Source of the DNA: Planctomycetaceae bacterium
GTDB lineage: Bacteria; Planctomycetota; Planctomycetia; Planctomycetales; Planctomycetaceae
Length of the DNA: 36,643 nucleotides
Assembly (NCBI GenBank): GCA_050246455.1
Contig: JBFWWA010000001.1
Location: forward strand, 1 to 36,643
Direction: 5' to 3'
Positions 16,085 through 24,004 of this stretch are shown here, in pieces. The position numbers were made by a program, and so were the translations under genes. Each line of letters begins with the position of its first letter. Position 1 is the first letter of the stretch. Under the pieces are notes generated by a model, which had not been told where the DNA came from, ran no database searches, and saw only the letters and a program-made list of their open reading frames with translations.

Positions 16085-16436
16085 TGCGCGTCCGCTCGAT
16101 CGAGACGCCGACCGATCTTGCGAAGCGGAGGGCGGCCGGCTTTTCAACACGCACACGGACGCGCGTCACGCGGGCATCCTTCAGGCAGACGCGGGCGATT
16201 TCGTCGGCCATATGCTCGACCAGAAAGAACCGCGACGTCTCGACAAGCTCGATGACCTGCTTCGCAATCGTCCGGTAGTTCACTGCGTCGTTGATGTCGT
16301 CGGAACGGCCCGCCGCGCGCGTATCGACATCGAGTATGAGGTTCACCAGCACATCCTGCCGGTCCGTTCGTTCGTCGTCATTGATGCCGATGATCGTTCT
16401 GAGGAACAGGTCATTGATGAGAATCTGGTCGGACAT
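16074..16436 (-). CDS. folB: Dihydroneopterin aldolase
   Basis: The 120-aa translation has GINDDERTDRQDVLVNLIL, AVNYRTIAKQV and VRVRVEKP, typical of FolB. It overlaps folK by 11 nt. Confidence 0.88.
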   Translation of the reverse strand: MSDQILINDLFLRTIIGINDDERTDRQDVLVNLILDVDTRAAGRSDDINDAVNYRTIAKQVIELVETSRFFLVEHMADEIARVCLKDARVTRVRVRVEKPAALRFARSVGVSIERTRNDL

Positions 16437-16457
16437 GGCGGGCCTCGGAATAAGCGG

Positions 16458-16517
16458 CTACGGGCTACCGACTACAGGCTACCGGAACTAAAACCTTTGC
16501 CGACGACTTGTCGTCGG
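16458..16517 (-). repeat. Hairpin + phased 7-nt TAG array between the SDR gene and folB
   Basis: On the plus strand, CTA occurs at 16458, 16465, 16472 and 16479, which gives TAG heptads (GTAGCC-type) on the coding minus strand. The hairpin CCGACGAC-TT-GTCGTCGG lies at 16500-16517, 18 nt after the SDR stop. Confidence 0.8.
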
Positions 16518-16535
16518 TTCGGCGCTACCAATTGT

Positions 16536-17267
16536 TTACAAATGCTCACCGCCGGTGACGTGCATGATCTCGCCGGTGATGAACTCAGAACGGAGCAGGA
16601 AGACTGCGGCGGCGGTCATGTCGTCAGGAGAACCGGAACGCTTGAGCGGAATCTTCGCGGCGATCCGGTCGAGATAGGCATCATCCTTTCCCGGTGGGGG
16701 AAGAATTGCGCCGGGTGCAATCGCGTTCACCTGAACTCCCGGAGCGAGCTCGACCGCGAGAATCTGCGTCAGTGTGACGATAGCGGATTTTGTCAGAGTG
16801 TACGCGAGATGCCCCGGAACGGGATGGGTTCCCCGCCAGTCGGCGATGTTGATGATGTGACCGTTCCGGTTCGAACTCAACTGCGCTGCAAACTCCCGGC
16901 AGAGAAAAAGAGGAGCTTTGAGATTGATCGCCAGGTGACGGTCATACGATTCTTCCGTCGTATCAGCCAGCGTCGCCGCTTCGAAGACGGCGGCGCTGTT
17001 GATGAGAAAATCGACGGCGCCGAATTTCTCGGCCGCATGCTCAACGACTCTGCGGGCCGCTTCCGCGCTCTTCCGCAGGTCCGCCTGAATGACGGTGGCC
17101 CTTACGCCGCAGCTTTCAATTTCAGAAGCGGTCTTTTCCGCTGCGGCGATCGACGAGCCGTAGTGGATACAGACGTTGACTCCCTCGCGCGCCAGTGCGA
17201 TCGAGAGCGCACGTCCGATCCGGACCGCACCGCCGGTGACGATCGCCGATTTTCCGCCGAGATCCAC
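16536..17267 (-). CDS. SDR-family reductase, FolM/pteridine reductase-like
   Basis: The TGGAVRIGRA motif is the TGxxxRxG variant seen in FolM/PTR1-type SDRs, rather than TGxxxGxG. The catalytic motif is YTLTK (YxxxK). The gene lies immediately upstream of folB-folK on the same strand. Confidence 0.8.
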   Translation of the reverse strand: MDLGGKSAIVTGGAVRIGRALSIALAREGVNVCIHYGSSIAAAEKTASEIESCGVRATVIQADLRKSAEAARRVVEHAAEKFGAVDFLINSAAVFEAATLADTTEESYDRHLAINLKAPLFLCREFAAQLSSNRNGHIINIADWRGTHPVPGHLAYTLTKSAIVTLTQILAVELAPGVQVNAIAPGAILPPPGKDDAYLDRIAAKIPLKRSGSPDDMTAAAVFLLRSEFITGEIMHVTGGEHL

Positions 17268-17284
17268 AGGATTCTTTCTGCGTG

Positions 17285-17313
17285 AAAAAGCCCACGGAAT
17301 GCCTTCCGTGGGC
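17285..17313 (-). terminator. Rho-independent terminator of the DUF1080 gene
   Basis: GCCCACGGAA-TGCC-TTCCGTGGGC is a perfect 10-bp stem (17290-17313). A5 follows on the plus strand (17285-17289), which is a U5 tract on the minus-strand transcript. Confidence 0.8.
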
Positions 17314-17347
17314 GTGGATCAAGATCAATGAGCCGCGGCACGTTCGA

Positions 17348-18853
17348 CTACTGCCCGCAACAGCGGTCGTTGTCGTTGCGCAATCGCCCGAACAGGCGCC
17401 GAAGTCGCGACCGATTCTCTTCCGGACAACAATCGCTCGTCGCCGGTACGGGGCAGCTCGCGGTGGGAGTCGGGCTCATCGCGACCTCCGGGGCTGGCAC
17501 TGGTTCCGGCTCAGGATGGGAAAGATCCTTCACGTAGATGTTGCGGAAGTAAAGCGTGTTGCCGTGGTTCTGCAGCTCGATCTGGCCGGTGGCGTCGATC
17601 GGCTTGTCCTTGTCGGTATAGATCTCCATCACGACGTTGTCGGTGACGAGCTTGTCGTTGAGCCACACCGAGACCTTGTCGCCGACCATGCGGATCTTGA
17701 ACGTGTTCCATTCGCCGACCGGGTTATCGGCCCGGACGAGCGGGAACCGCTCATGCTTGGCATTGTTCCAGAGCGAACCCGATCCCTTGTCGGCGCCATG
17801 CTTCTTGTACGACGGTTCATCCGGATCCCAGATCTGCACCTGCGGCCAACCGCGGAGATAGATGCCGCTGTCGCCCGCTTTCAGAATCTTCCAATCGACG
17901 AGAAGCTCGAAGTCGCCGTAGTCCTTCGCGGTGCAGAGGCTGTCCCCCTTGCCGTCGAAGACGAGCGCACCATCTTCAACCTTCCAGTGCGCCCGCATCT
18001 TCTCATCCGCGCTCTTCTGCTCTTCGGCGAGCTTCTCGGGCGCCATTTCCTTGCGCGATTTCGGGTTGCCGACGAGTCCCTTCCAGCCGGAGAGGTCCTT
18101 GCCGTTGAAGAGCGCGGTGTAGCCCTTCGGTGCAACGTTGTGCGTCGCGCTCGGCTGCTTGTCGGCGAAGACGACGACGTCATCGAAGTTGCCGGTGTCG
18201 TCAAACGAGCCGAGGCCGATCTGGCCGTTTTTGAACGTCTTGTCGGTCGCCTGCATCACCGGAGTCTGCATGTCATCGAAGAAGATGTCGATGCGGCCCG
18301 ACTCGACATCGCGGAGCACGCGGACGTGATGCCACTCGTCATCCCAGTTCGTCCCGTCGGTGCTGACGGTCGAAATTTTCTTGCGGGGCTCGCCGTTGAC
18401 GATGAAGATCTGATTCGCATGGTCGTCGGCCTTCTTGCCGAGATGGACGTAGTACATGTGCGCCGGATCCTGGTATCCGAAGAAGACGCACAGGTCGCGG
18501 TGCCCGTAATCTCGCCCGGTCGACTGCAGCTTCACGTCGATCTGGAAACTGCCGACGTTCAGGTCTTTGATCATCGAACGATTGAAAGGCGAACGGACCG
18601 GAGTCTTCACTTTGCTCGCCTGGAACTGCGAGTAGACGTAGTTCCCTTTGATGTCGACCGTTTTCCAGGCATTCGCGTCGCTCGGCTCCCAGCGTTCCGC
18701 GGATGCGGAATTGAAATCATCGGCGAAGACTTGCGGCCAGCCATTGACGGAGGCAGACGTTTTGTCGGCGGCCTCGCATGTGAGCGCAGGAAGAGCGCAA
18801 AGCCCTGCCAGCAGCAATGCGGGAAGTGTCGTTCGAGGGAAGAGCGGCATCAT
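17348..18853 (-). CDS. Secreted protein with two concanavalin-like / DUF1080 (3-keto-disaccharide hydrolase-like) domains and a Cys-flanked basic tail
   Basis: ORF 17348..18949 was trimmed to ATGATG at 18853, with GGAGAG upstream. The signal peptide is MMPLFPRTTLPALLLAGLCALPALTCEA. The second domain has LFNGKDLSGWK, DFELLVDWK, GDSGIYLRG, IELQNHG and FRNIYVK, typical of DUF1080. The tail reads CPVPATSDCCPEENRSRLRRLFGRLRNDNDRCCGQ. Confidence 0.85.
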   Translation of the reverse strand: MMPLFPRTTLPALLLAGLCALPALTCEAADKTSASVNGWPQVFADDFNSASAERWEPSDANAWKTVDIKGNYVYSQFQASKVKTPVRSPFNRSMIKDLNVGSFQIDVKLQSTGRDYGHRDLCVFFGYQDPAHMYYVHLGKKADDHANQIFIVNGEPRKKISTVSTDGTNWDDEWHHVRVLRDVESGRIDIFFDDMQTPVMQATDKTFKNGQIGLGSFDDTGNFDDVVVFADKQPSATHNVAPKGYTALFNGKDLSGWKGLVGNPKSRKEMAPEKLAEEQKSADEKMRAHWKVEDGALVFDGKGDSLCTAKDYGDFELLVDWKILKAGDSGIYLRGWPQVQIWDPDEPSYKKHGADKGSGSLWNNAKHERFPLVRADNPVGEWNTFKIRMVGDKVSVWLNDKLVTDNVVMEIYTDKDKPIDATGQIELQNHGNTLYFRNIYVKDLSHPEPEPVPAPEVAMSPTPTASCPVPATSDCCPEENRSRLRRLFGRLRNDNDRCCGQ

Positions 18854-18920
18854 CGATCTCTCCGGTTGTCGGGCAAAGGTTGAGTGTCGAGTTTGGGTAT
18901 ACAAAAAAGGAGCGGCAGTA

Positions 18921-20405
18921 TCAGGCGAGCAGTCCCTGGATGACTTCACCCCCCTGCACTCCCGTAAGGCGGTTGTCGAGTCCGCCGTAGAAGTACGTCA
19001 GCTTCTGCGGATCGAAACCCATCAGGTGCAGAATCGTCGCGTGCAGATCGCGAATGTGATGACGGTTCGTCACCGCTTCGTGTCCGATCTCGTCGGTCTC
19101 TCCGTAACTGATGCCGGGTTTGACGCCGCCGCCGGCCATCCAGTAGGTGAAGCCCTTCGGATTATGGTCGCGTCCCGACCCGTTCTGCGTCACGGGCTGG
19201 CGGCCGAACTCGCCGCCCCAGATGACGAGGGTGTCGTCGAGCATGCCGCGCTGTTCCAGGTCAGCGAGCAGTCCCGCGATCGGCTTGTCGATTTCGGGAC
19301 CGTGGATTTTCAGATTGTTGTCGACGTCGGAGTGCGCGTCCCAGTTTTCGTCGTTGTGGCCGCCGCCGTGATAAATCTGCACGAAGCGAACGCCGCGCTC
19401 GAGCAGCCGCCGCGCAATGAGGCATTGCCGTCCGAAGGGCTGCGGACCGAACGACAGCTTGTGATCCGGCTTGGGGTCATGCAGGCCGTACATTGTTTGC
19501 GTATCGAGCGATTCTTCATCGATGGCGAGCGCCTCCGGCGCGGTCGACTGCAGCTGAAATGCGAGTTCGTAACTCGAGATTCGCGCCTGCAGTTCGGAAT
19601 AGCCGGGCCGGGTGGCGAGATGTTCGGCGTTGAGGCGATTGATTGCGCGGATCTGTTCGCGCTGCGCATCGACCGAGATATCGGCAGAGGGTGCGAGATT
19701 GAGGATTGGCCTGCCGGTCGAGCGGAGCACCGTTCCCTGATAGACCGCGGGCATGTAGCCGCTCATCCAGTTAGCAGCGCCGGAGATCGGGCCGCCGCGC
19801 GGGTCGAGCATCACGACGAACGACGGCAGGTTCTCGTTGACTGTTCCGAGACCGTAGCTGACCCACGATCCGAGAGCGGGATGACCCTGAATAATTCTCC
19901 CCGAGTTCATCTGCAGAAGCGCCGACCCGTGGGCGAACGAGTCCATATAGAGCGACTTGATGACGGCGAGCTTGTCGACGTGCTTTGCAGTGTGCGGGAA
20001 TGCGTCGGAACACCAGAGCCCTGATTCGCCATGCTGCTTGAAGCTTCGCTTGGAGGCCTGCAGGACCTGGTCGCGGAAGGAGCCGCGGCGAATCTCGATT
20101 TTGACCGTTTTCTTGTCGCGCTTCTGCAACTCCGGTTTGTAGTCGAACGTGTCCATCTGCGACGGACCGCCGTACATGAAGAGGAAGATGCAGCGCTTCG
20201 CCTTCGGAAGAAACGGCGGCAGCTTTGCGGCAAGCGGATTCACATACGCCGGAGGGACGGACGATTCGGCGGCCTTCGCGAAGTAACCATCTTTCTGCAA
20301 CAGCGCCGAGAGAGCGATGCCGGTGAACCCCGCGCCGGTTTCCCAGAGAAACTCGCGACGGGTGCGCCCGCAGAACTCGCCTTTTGATGTCTGGTCACGG
20401 GACAT
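18921..20405 (-). CDS. DUF1501 domain protein (sulfatase-like fold, Tat signal)
   Basis: The twin-arginine signal is RTRREFLWETGAGFTGIAL. The motifs YGGPSQMDTFDYKP and WGGEFGR match the DUF1501 family that partners with DUF1549/DUF1553 proteins. Confidence 0.92.
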   Translation of the reverse strand: MSRDQTSKGEFCGRTRREFLWETGAGFTGIALSALLQKDGYFAKAAESSVPPAYVNPLAAKLPPFLPKAKRCIFLFMYGGPSQMDTFDYKPELQKRDKKTVKIEIRRGSFRDQVLQASKRSFKQHGESGLWCSDAFPHTAKHVDKLAVIKSLYMDSFAHGSALLQMNSGRIIQGHPALGSWVSYGLGTVNENLPSFVVMLDPRGGPISGAANWMSGYMPAVYQGTVLRSTGRPILNLAPSADISVDAQREQIRAINRLNAEHLATRPGYSELQARISSYELAFQLQSTAPEALAIDEESLDTQTMYGLHDPKPDHKLSFGPQPFGRQCLIARRLLERGVRFVQIYHGGGHNDENWDAHSDVDNNLKIHGPEIDKPIAGLLADLEQRGMLDDTLVIWGGEFGRQPVTQNGSGRDHNPKGFTYWMAGGGVKPGISYGETDEIGHEAVTNRHHIRDLHATILHLMGFDPQKLTYFYGGLDNRLTGVQGGEVIQGLLA

Positions 20406-20414
20406 GAACGTTAC

Positions 20415-21161
20415 CTATTTACGAGCCGAACCTGCGGTTGTTCGTTCAGCCTGGGAACGGTCGATCTGGATGCGGCTGGCATTCTGTCCGAACTCGATTC
20501 GCACGACGGTTTCCTTATCAGCGACGACTTCGATTTCCTGCCGTGCAGCCGACATCTCGGGAGAGGCTCCAAGTAGCACGTATTTCCCGGGTTTCAGATC
20601 CTCGAAGAATTCGACGATTCCACCCCGGTTATACGACGACCACGGAGTGCGGACAACCTGCTTTTCGTTCTGATCGAAAAGGATAAATCGACCGGCCACG
20701 TCGTTCGAAATTCCGCGGATCGCACCGTTGCCTGGTGAAGGAACTTGTCGCGGTTCGAAGCGTTTGAACGTCATCGTTTTATCATCGCGCGTCAGACGGA
20801 GCGTATCGCCATCGAGCTTGTAAGCGAACTTCCGGCTCATTTTGCGTAGATGTGTCGTGTTCCCCTTCGTGGCGAAATCGTAGTTGAGGAACTCAAGTTC
20901 GTTCCCATCGACGAACCATACCAGATTAAACGGAAGCGATTGGGCCGTGCGCTGCCACGATCCGTTGTTATTGTTGAAGAGCCGGATCATTTGAGGGAAT
21001 TCCCCTTCCGCCGCGTCGAGCCGCCACATCCCTTTCAACTTGCCGACCACTTCCATCGTGTCGATAATAGCGTCATCGCTTCTCGCGTCCCTCGAAAATA
21101 AAAGTGCGCTCAACAGACACAACATCGCTGCGGCTCGATTCCGGCACATGGCATGTGTCAT
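20415..21161 (-). CDS. Secreted hypothetical protein (N-terminal lipocalin-like region + C-terminal CarboxypepD_reg-like beta-sandwich)
   Basis: ORF 20415..21221 was trimmed to the ATG at 21161, with GAGGAG upstream. A signal peptide is present (AAAMLCLLSALLFSRDARS). The C-terminal pattern is GRFILFD...LKPGKYVLLG...IEVVADKETVVRIEF. Confidence 0.7.
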   Translation of the reverse strand: MTHAMCRNRAAAMLCLLSALLFSRDARSDDAIIDTMEVVGKLKGMWRLDAAEGEFPQMIRLFNNNNGSWQRTAQSLPFNLVWFVDGNELEFLNYDFATKGNTTHLRKMSRKFAYKLDGDTLRLTRDDKTMTFKRFEPRQVPSPGNGAIRGISNDVAGRFILFDQNEKQVVRTPWSSYNRGGIVEFFEDLKPGKYVLLGASPEMSAARQEIEVVADKETVVRIEFGQNASRIQIDRSQAERTTAGSARK

Positions 21162-21232
21162 GACAATCTCCTCACTCACGTTCAACGCCCCGAGGCTTCG
21201 GGGCGCCAGCAGCTCAAACACTCTTCGGAATC

Positions 21233-23755
21233 CTAATCGACGTAGACAAATTCGTTCAGGTTCAAGAGAACCAGGCAGAGCGAACGCTTCGCTTCGCGGC
21301 TTGCCGTCTCGTCGGTCGTTCCGGTTTTTGAGAGGAATCGCTGACGCTGCTCCGCGAGCATTTCGACAGCGACGTTTCGTTCCTGCTCTGACGGATCGCG
21401 GCCGAGTGTGCGGCGGAATGCGATGGTTGCGAACTCGCTGTCGCTTGCTCCTCCCTCGGATGTCGCACGGTCGGTCAATGCGACGGCCTGGCTTCGCAGG
21501 AATTCGCTGTTGAGCAGCATCAGCGCCTGGGGCGCGACGGTTGTGATCGGCCGGACGCCGAGCGTCTCGGCGGTGTTCGTGTAATCGAACGCTTCGAGCA
21601 TCGGGACCATCAGCGTCCGCTTCACGTAGATGTAAACGCTGCGGCGATCTTCCTCGACGGGATTGCTCTTTCCCCAGCCGTGGCCCGGCTTCGATTGCGT
21701 GGCAAGAACTTCCTGCGAGAGCGCCGGAAAAATTCCGCGCCCGGTCATCAATGTGTTGAGGCGTCCGCTTGCGGCGAGGACCGAATCGCGAATTGCTTCC
21801 GCGTCGAGCCGGCGCAGGTTCTGCCGCCAGAAGAGTTCGTTGCCGGGATCGATCGCGTGCGCTGTTGGGTTGTCGGCGGCCGACGACATGCGATACGCAT
21901 TCGACGTCATGATCAGCCGGTGCAGCTTCTTGATCCGGAATCCGCCGTCGATGAACTCGCGCGCGAGCCAGTCGAGCAGTTCGGGGTGCGTCGGCTTATC
22001 GCCGGCCCGGCCGAAGTTGTCGGACGAACTGACGATGCCGCGGCCGAAGTGATGCTGCCAGAGGCGATTCACGAAAACGCGCGCGGTGAGAGGATTGTCG
22101 CTGGAAACGATCCAGTCGGCGAGTGCTCTGCGCCGACCCGGCGATTTCTGGACACCGAGCTCGGAGAGCATGCCGCGCCAGTCGTTCGGCTTGTTCGTCT
22201 CATTGAGTGCGAGCGAAACCGGCTTCGTTGCTTCACTGCCGCCGAAGATCTTCGGAAGTCCCGCTTCGACTTTCTTCCCGGGCGAGAGCGCGCTGCCGCG
22301 AACGAGAACATGCGTGGCCTTCGTCCCTGCGTGCGGCTCGCGGACCGAAAGCGCCACCTCGAACGGAACTCGCTCCAGTTCTTCGCTGACCCGCTTGATC
22401 TCTCCTTCGAGCTTCTTCTTTGCCTCGGCGGTGCCGGGGTTGAGCTGCTTTTCGATCGAAGCGATCTGACCGCGGAGCTGCGTCAGTTCCGCCTGAAGTT
22501 TCTGTTCCCGCGCTTTCCACTCGGCGACCTGGTTCCCCGTGGGGAGAGGGGTGAAGATCCCTTTCTTGTTCGGCCCGAAGTGTGTTTCGGACAGGGCAGC
22601 GCCGTACGGTTCGACGTTGCGGAAGAAGGCGAGGAGCCGGTAGTAATCTTCCTGCGGCAGCGGATCGAATTTGTGATCGTGACAGCGCGCACAACCAAGC
22701 GTGAGACCAAGAAACGCCGAGCCCGTCGTCTTGAGCATTTCGTCGAGTTCGTCGAACTCGGCGGTGCGGCGATCGTCGGGCTCATCATCCCAAACGCCGA
22801 GCCGATAGAAGCCCGTGGCGATGATCGTCTCGCGAGACACGTCGTCGAGCTCATCGCCCGCCAGCTGTTCACGGAGGAATCGGTCGTACGGCTTGTCGGC
22901 GTTGAGCGAGTCGATCACGTAGTCGCGGAAGCGCCACGCTTCGGGCTTCTCGTCGTCGCGCTCATAGCCGTTGGTTTGCGCGAAGCGGACGAGGTCGAGC
23001 CAGTGCCGCCCCCACCGCTCGCCGTAGTGCGGACTCGCCAGTAATCGGTCGATAGCGCGCTCGAATGCGAGGGGCGAATCGTCAGCCGCAAAGGCGCGGA
23101 CATCGTCGGCGGAGGGAGGGAGTCCGACGAGGTCGTACCAGGCGCGGCGCAGGAGAGAGCGCTTGTCGGCCTCGGGATTGGGGGCAATGCTCTTCTCGTC
23201 GAGCCGGGCGAGAAGAAAGTGATCGATCGCGTTCGCGGCTGCCGCCGGTTGCCTGATTGTCGGGACGGAGGGACGGACGAGTGGTTTGAACGACCAGTGA
23301 TTCCGATCGTCATCGGTGATCTGGAAATCGCCTTTACGGGTCACTGCGCCGGGTTGTTCGGCCGGCCAGGGCGCGCCCATCTTCACCCAGTCGGTAATCG
23401 CGGCGATCTCCCCTTCCGCGAGCTTTCCGGTCGGGGGCATCTCGAGGCCGTTGTAGTTGAGCGCCTCGATGAGCAGGCTTTCTTCGGGCTTGCCGGCGAC
23501 AAGTGCGGGGCCGGAATCGCCACCGGCAAGAATTGCGGAGAGGGAGTCGAGGCTGAGCCCTCCTTTGTGCTTCTCGCCCGCGTGGCATTTCTGGCATTTT
23601 GCGGCGAAGACCGGGCGGACTTTGGTCTCGAAGAACTCAATCTGGGCGGGTGTGGGGGTGGGACGGGGAGCTTCGTCCGCGGCGAGCGGCCAGACCGAGC
23701 AGCAGGCGACAAGTGTCGCGCAGGCCAGGAATCGAGTGTGGGCGCGTTGAGTCAT
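21233..23755 (-). CDS. Planctomycete cytochrome c (PSCyt) - DUF1549 - DUF1553 protein
   Basis: ORF 21233..25066 was trimmed to the ATG at 23755 (MTQRAHTRFLACATL..., signal peptide, GGAG upstream). It has the heme motif CQKCH. DUF1549 is marked by NAIDHFLLARL and RHWLDLVRFAQTNGYE. GCARCHDHKFDP is present. DUF1553 is marked by HPELLDWLAREF. Confidence 0.92.
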   Translation of the reverse strand: MTQRAHTRFLACATLVACCSVWPLAADEAPRPTPTPAQIEFFETKVRPVFAAKCQKCHAGEKHKGGLSLDSLSAILAGGDSGPALVAGKPEESLLIEALNYNGLEMPPTGKLAEGEIAAITDWVKMGAPWPAEQPGAVTRKGDFQITDDDRNHWSFKPLVRPSVPTIRQPAAAANAIDHFLLARLDEKSIAPNPEADKRSLLRRAWYDLVGLPPSADDVRAFAADDSPLAFERAIDRLLASPHYGERWGRHWLDLVRFAQTNGYERDDEKPEAWRFRDYVIDSLNADKPYDRFLREQLAGDELDDVSRETIIATGFYRLGVWDDEPDDRRTAEFDELDEMLKTTGSAFLGLTLGCARCHDHKFDPLPQEDYYRLLAFFRNVEPYGAALSETHFGPNKKGIFTPLPTGNQVAEWKAREQKLQAELTQLRGQIASIEKQLNPGTAEAKKKLEGEIKRVSEELERVPFEVALSVREPHAGTKATHVLVRGSALSPGKKVEAGLPKIFGGSEATKPVSLALNETNKPNDWRGMLSELGVQKSPGRRRALADWIVSSDNPLTARVFVNRLWQHHFGRGIVSSSDNFGRAGDKPTHPELLDWLAREFIDGGFRIKKLHRLIMTSNAYRMSSAADNPTAHAIDPGNELFWRQNLRRLDAEAIRDSVLAASGRLNTLMTGRGIFPALSQEVLATQSKPGHGWGKSNPVEEDRRSVYIYVKRTLMVPMLEAFDYTNTAETLGVRPITTVAPQALMLLNSEFLRSQAVALTDRATSEGGASDSEFATIAFRRTLGRDPSEQERNVAVEMLAEQRQRFLSKTGTTDETASREAKRSLCLVLLNLNEFVYVD

Positions 23756-24004
23756 CTGTGCTCCAAGTATGCCGCGCCGGGGAGTGCGGGGAGCCGCGCG
23801 CCCACAGAACATCCATAGATCAAAATATCCGGATCGATGGGAGGTCGCAACACCGCTTGAAGCGGCCTGAATACCCAGGAATCTGCCCGGATTCCGGCAG
23901 ATCCGGTGATTGTGCGGCGGGCAACGCCCAATTGAACGCCTCGCGCCCGTCGGATAGGCTGGTTTCGTGGAACAAATGTTCTCCGGGATCGGAAAAGGAA
24001 GCCC

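Noticed and set aside
17282-18883. 533-aa plus-strand ORF antisense to the DUF1080 gene
   Set aside because: It is a shadow ORF with no recognisable motifs. The opposite frame has a signal peptide, DUF1080 motifs and its own terminator.
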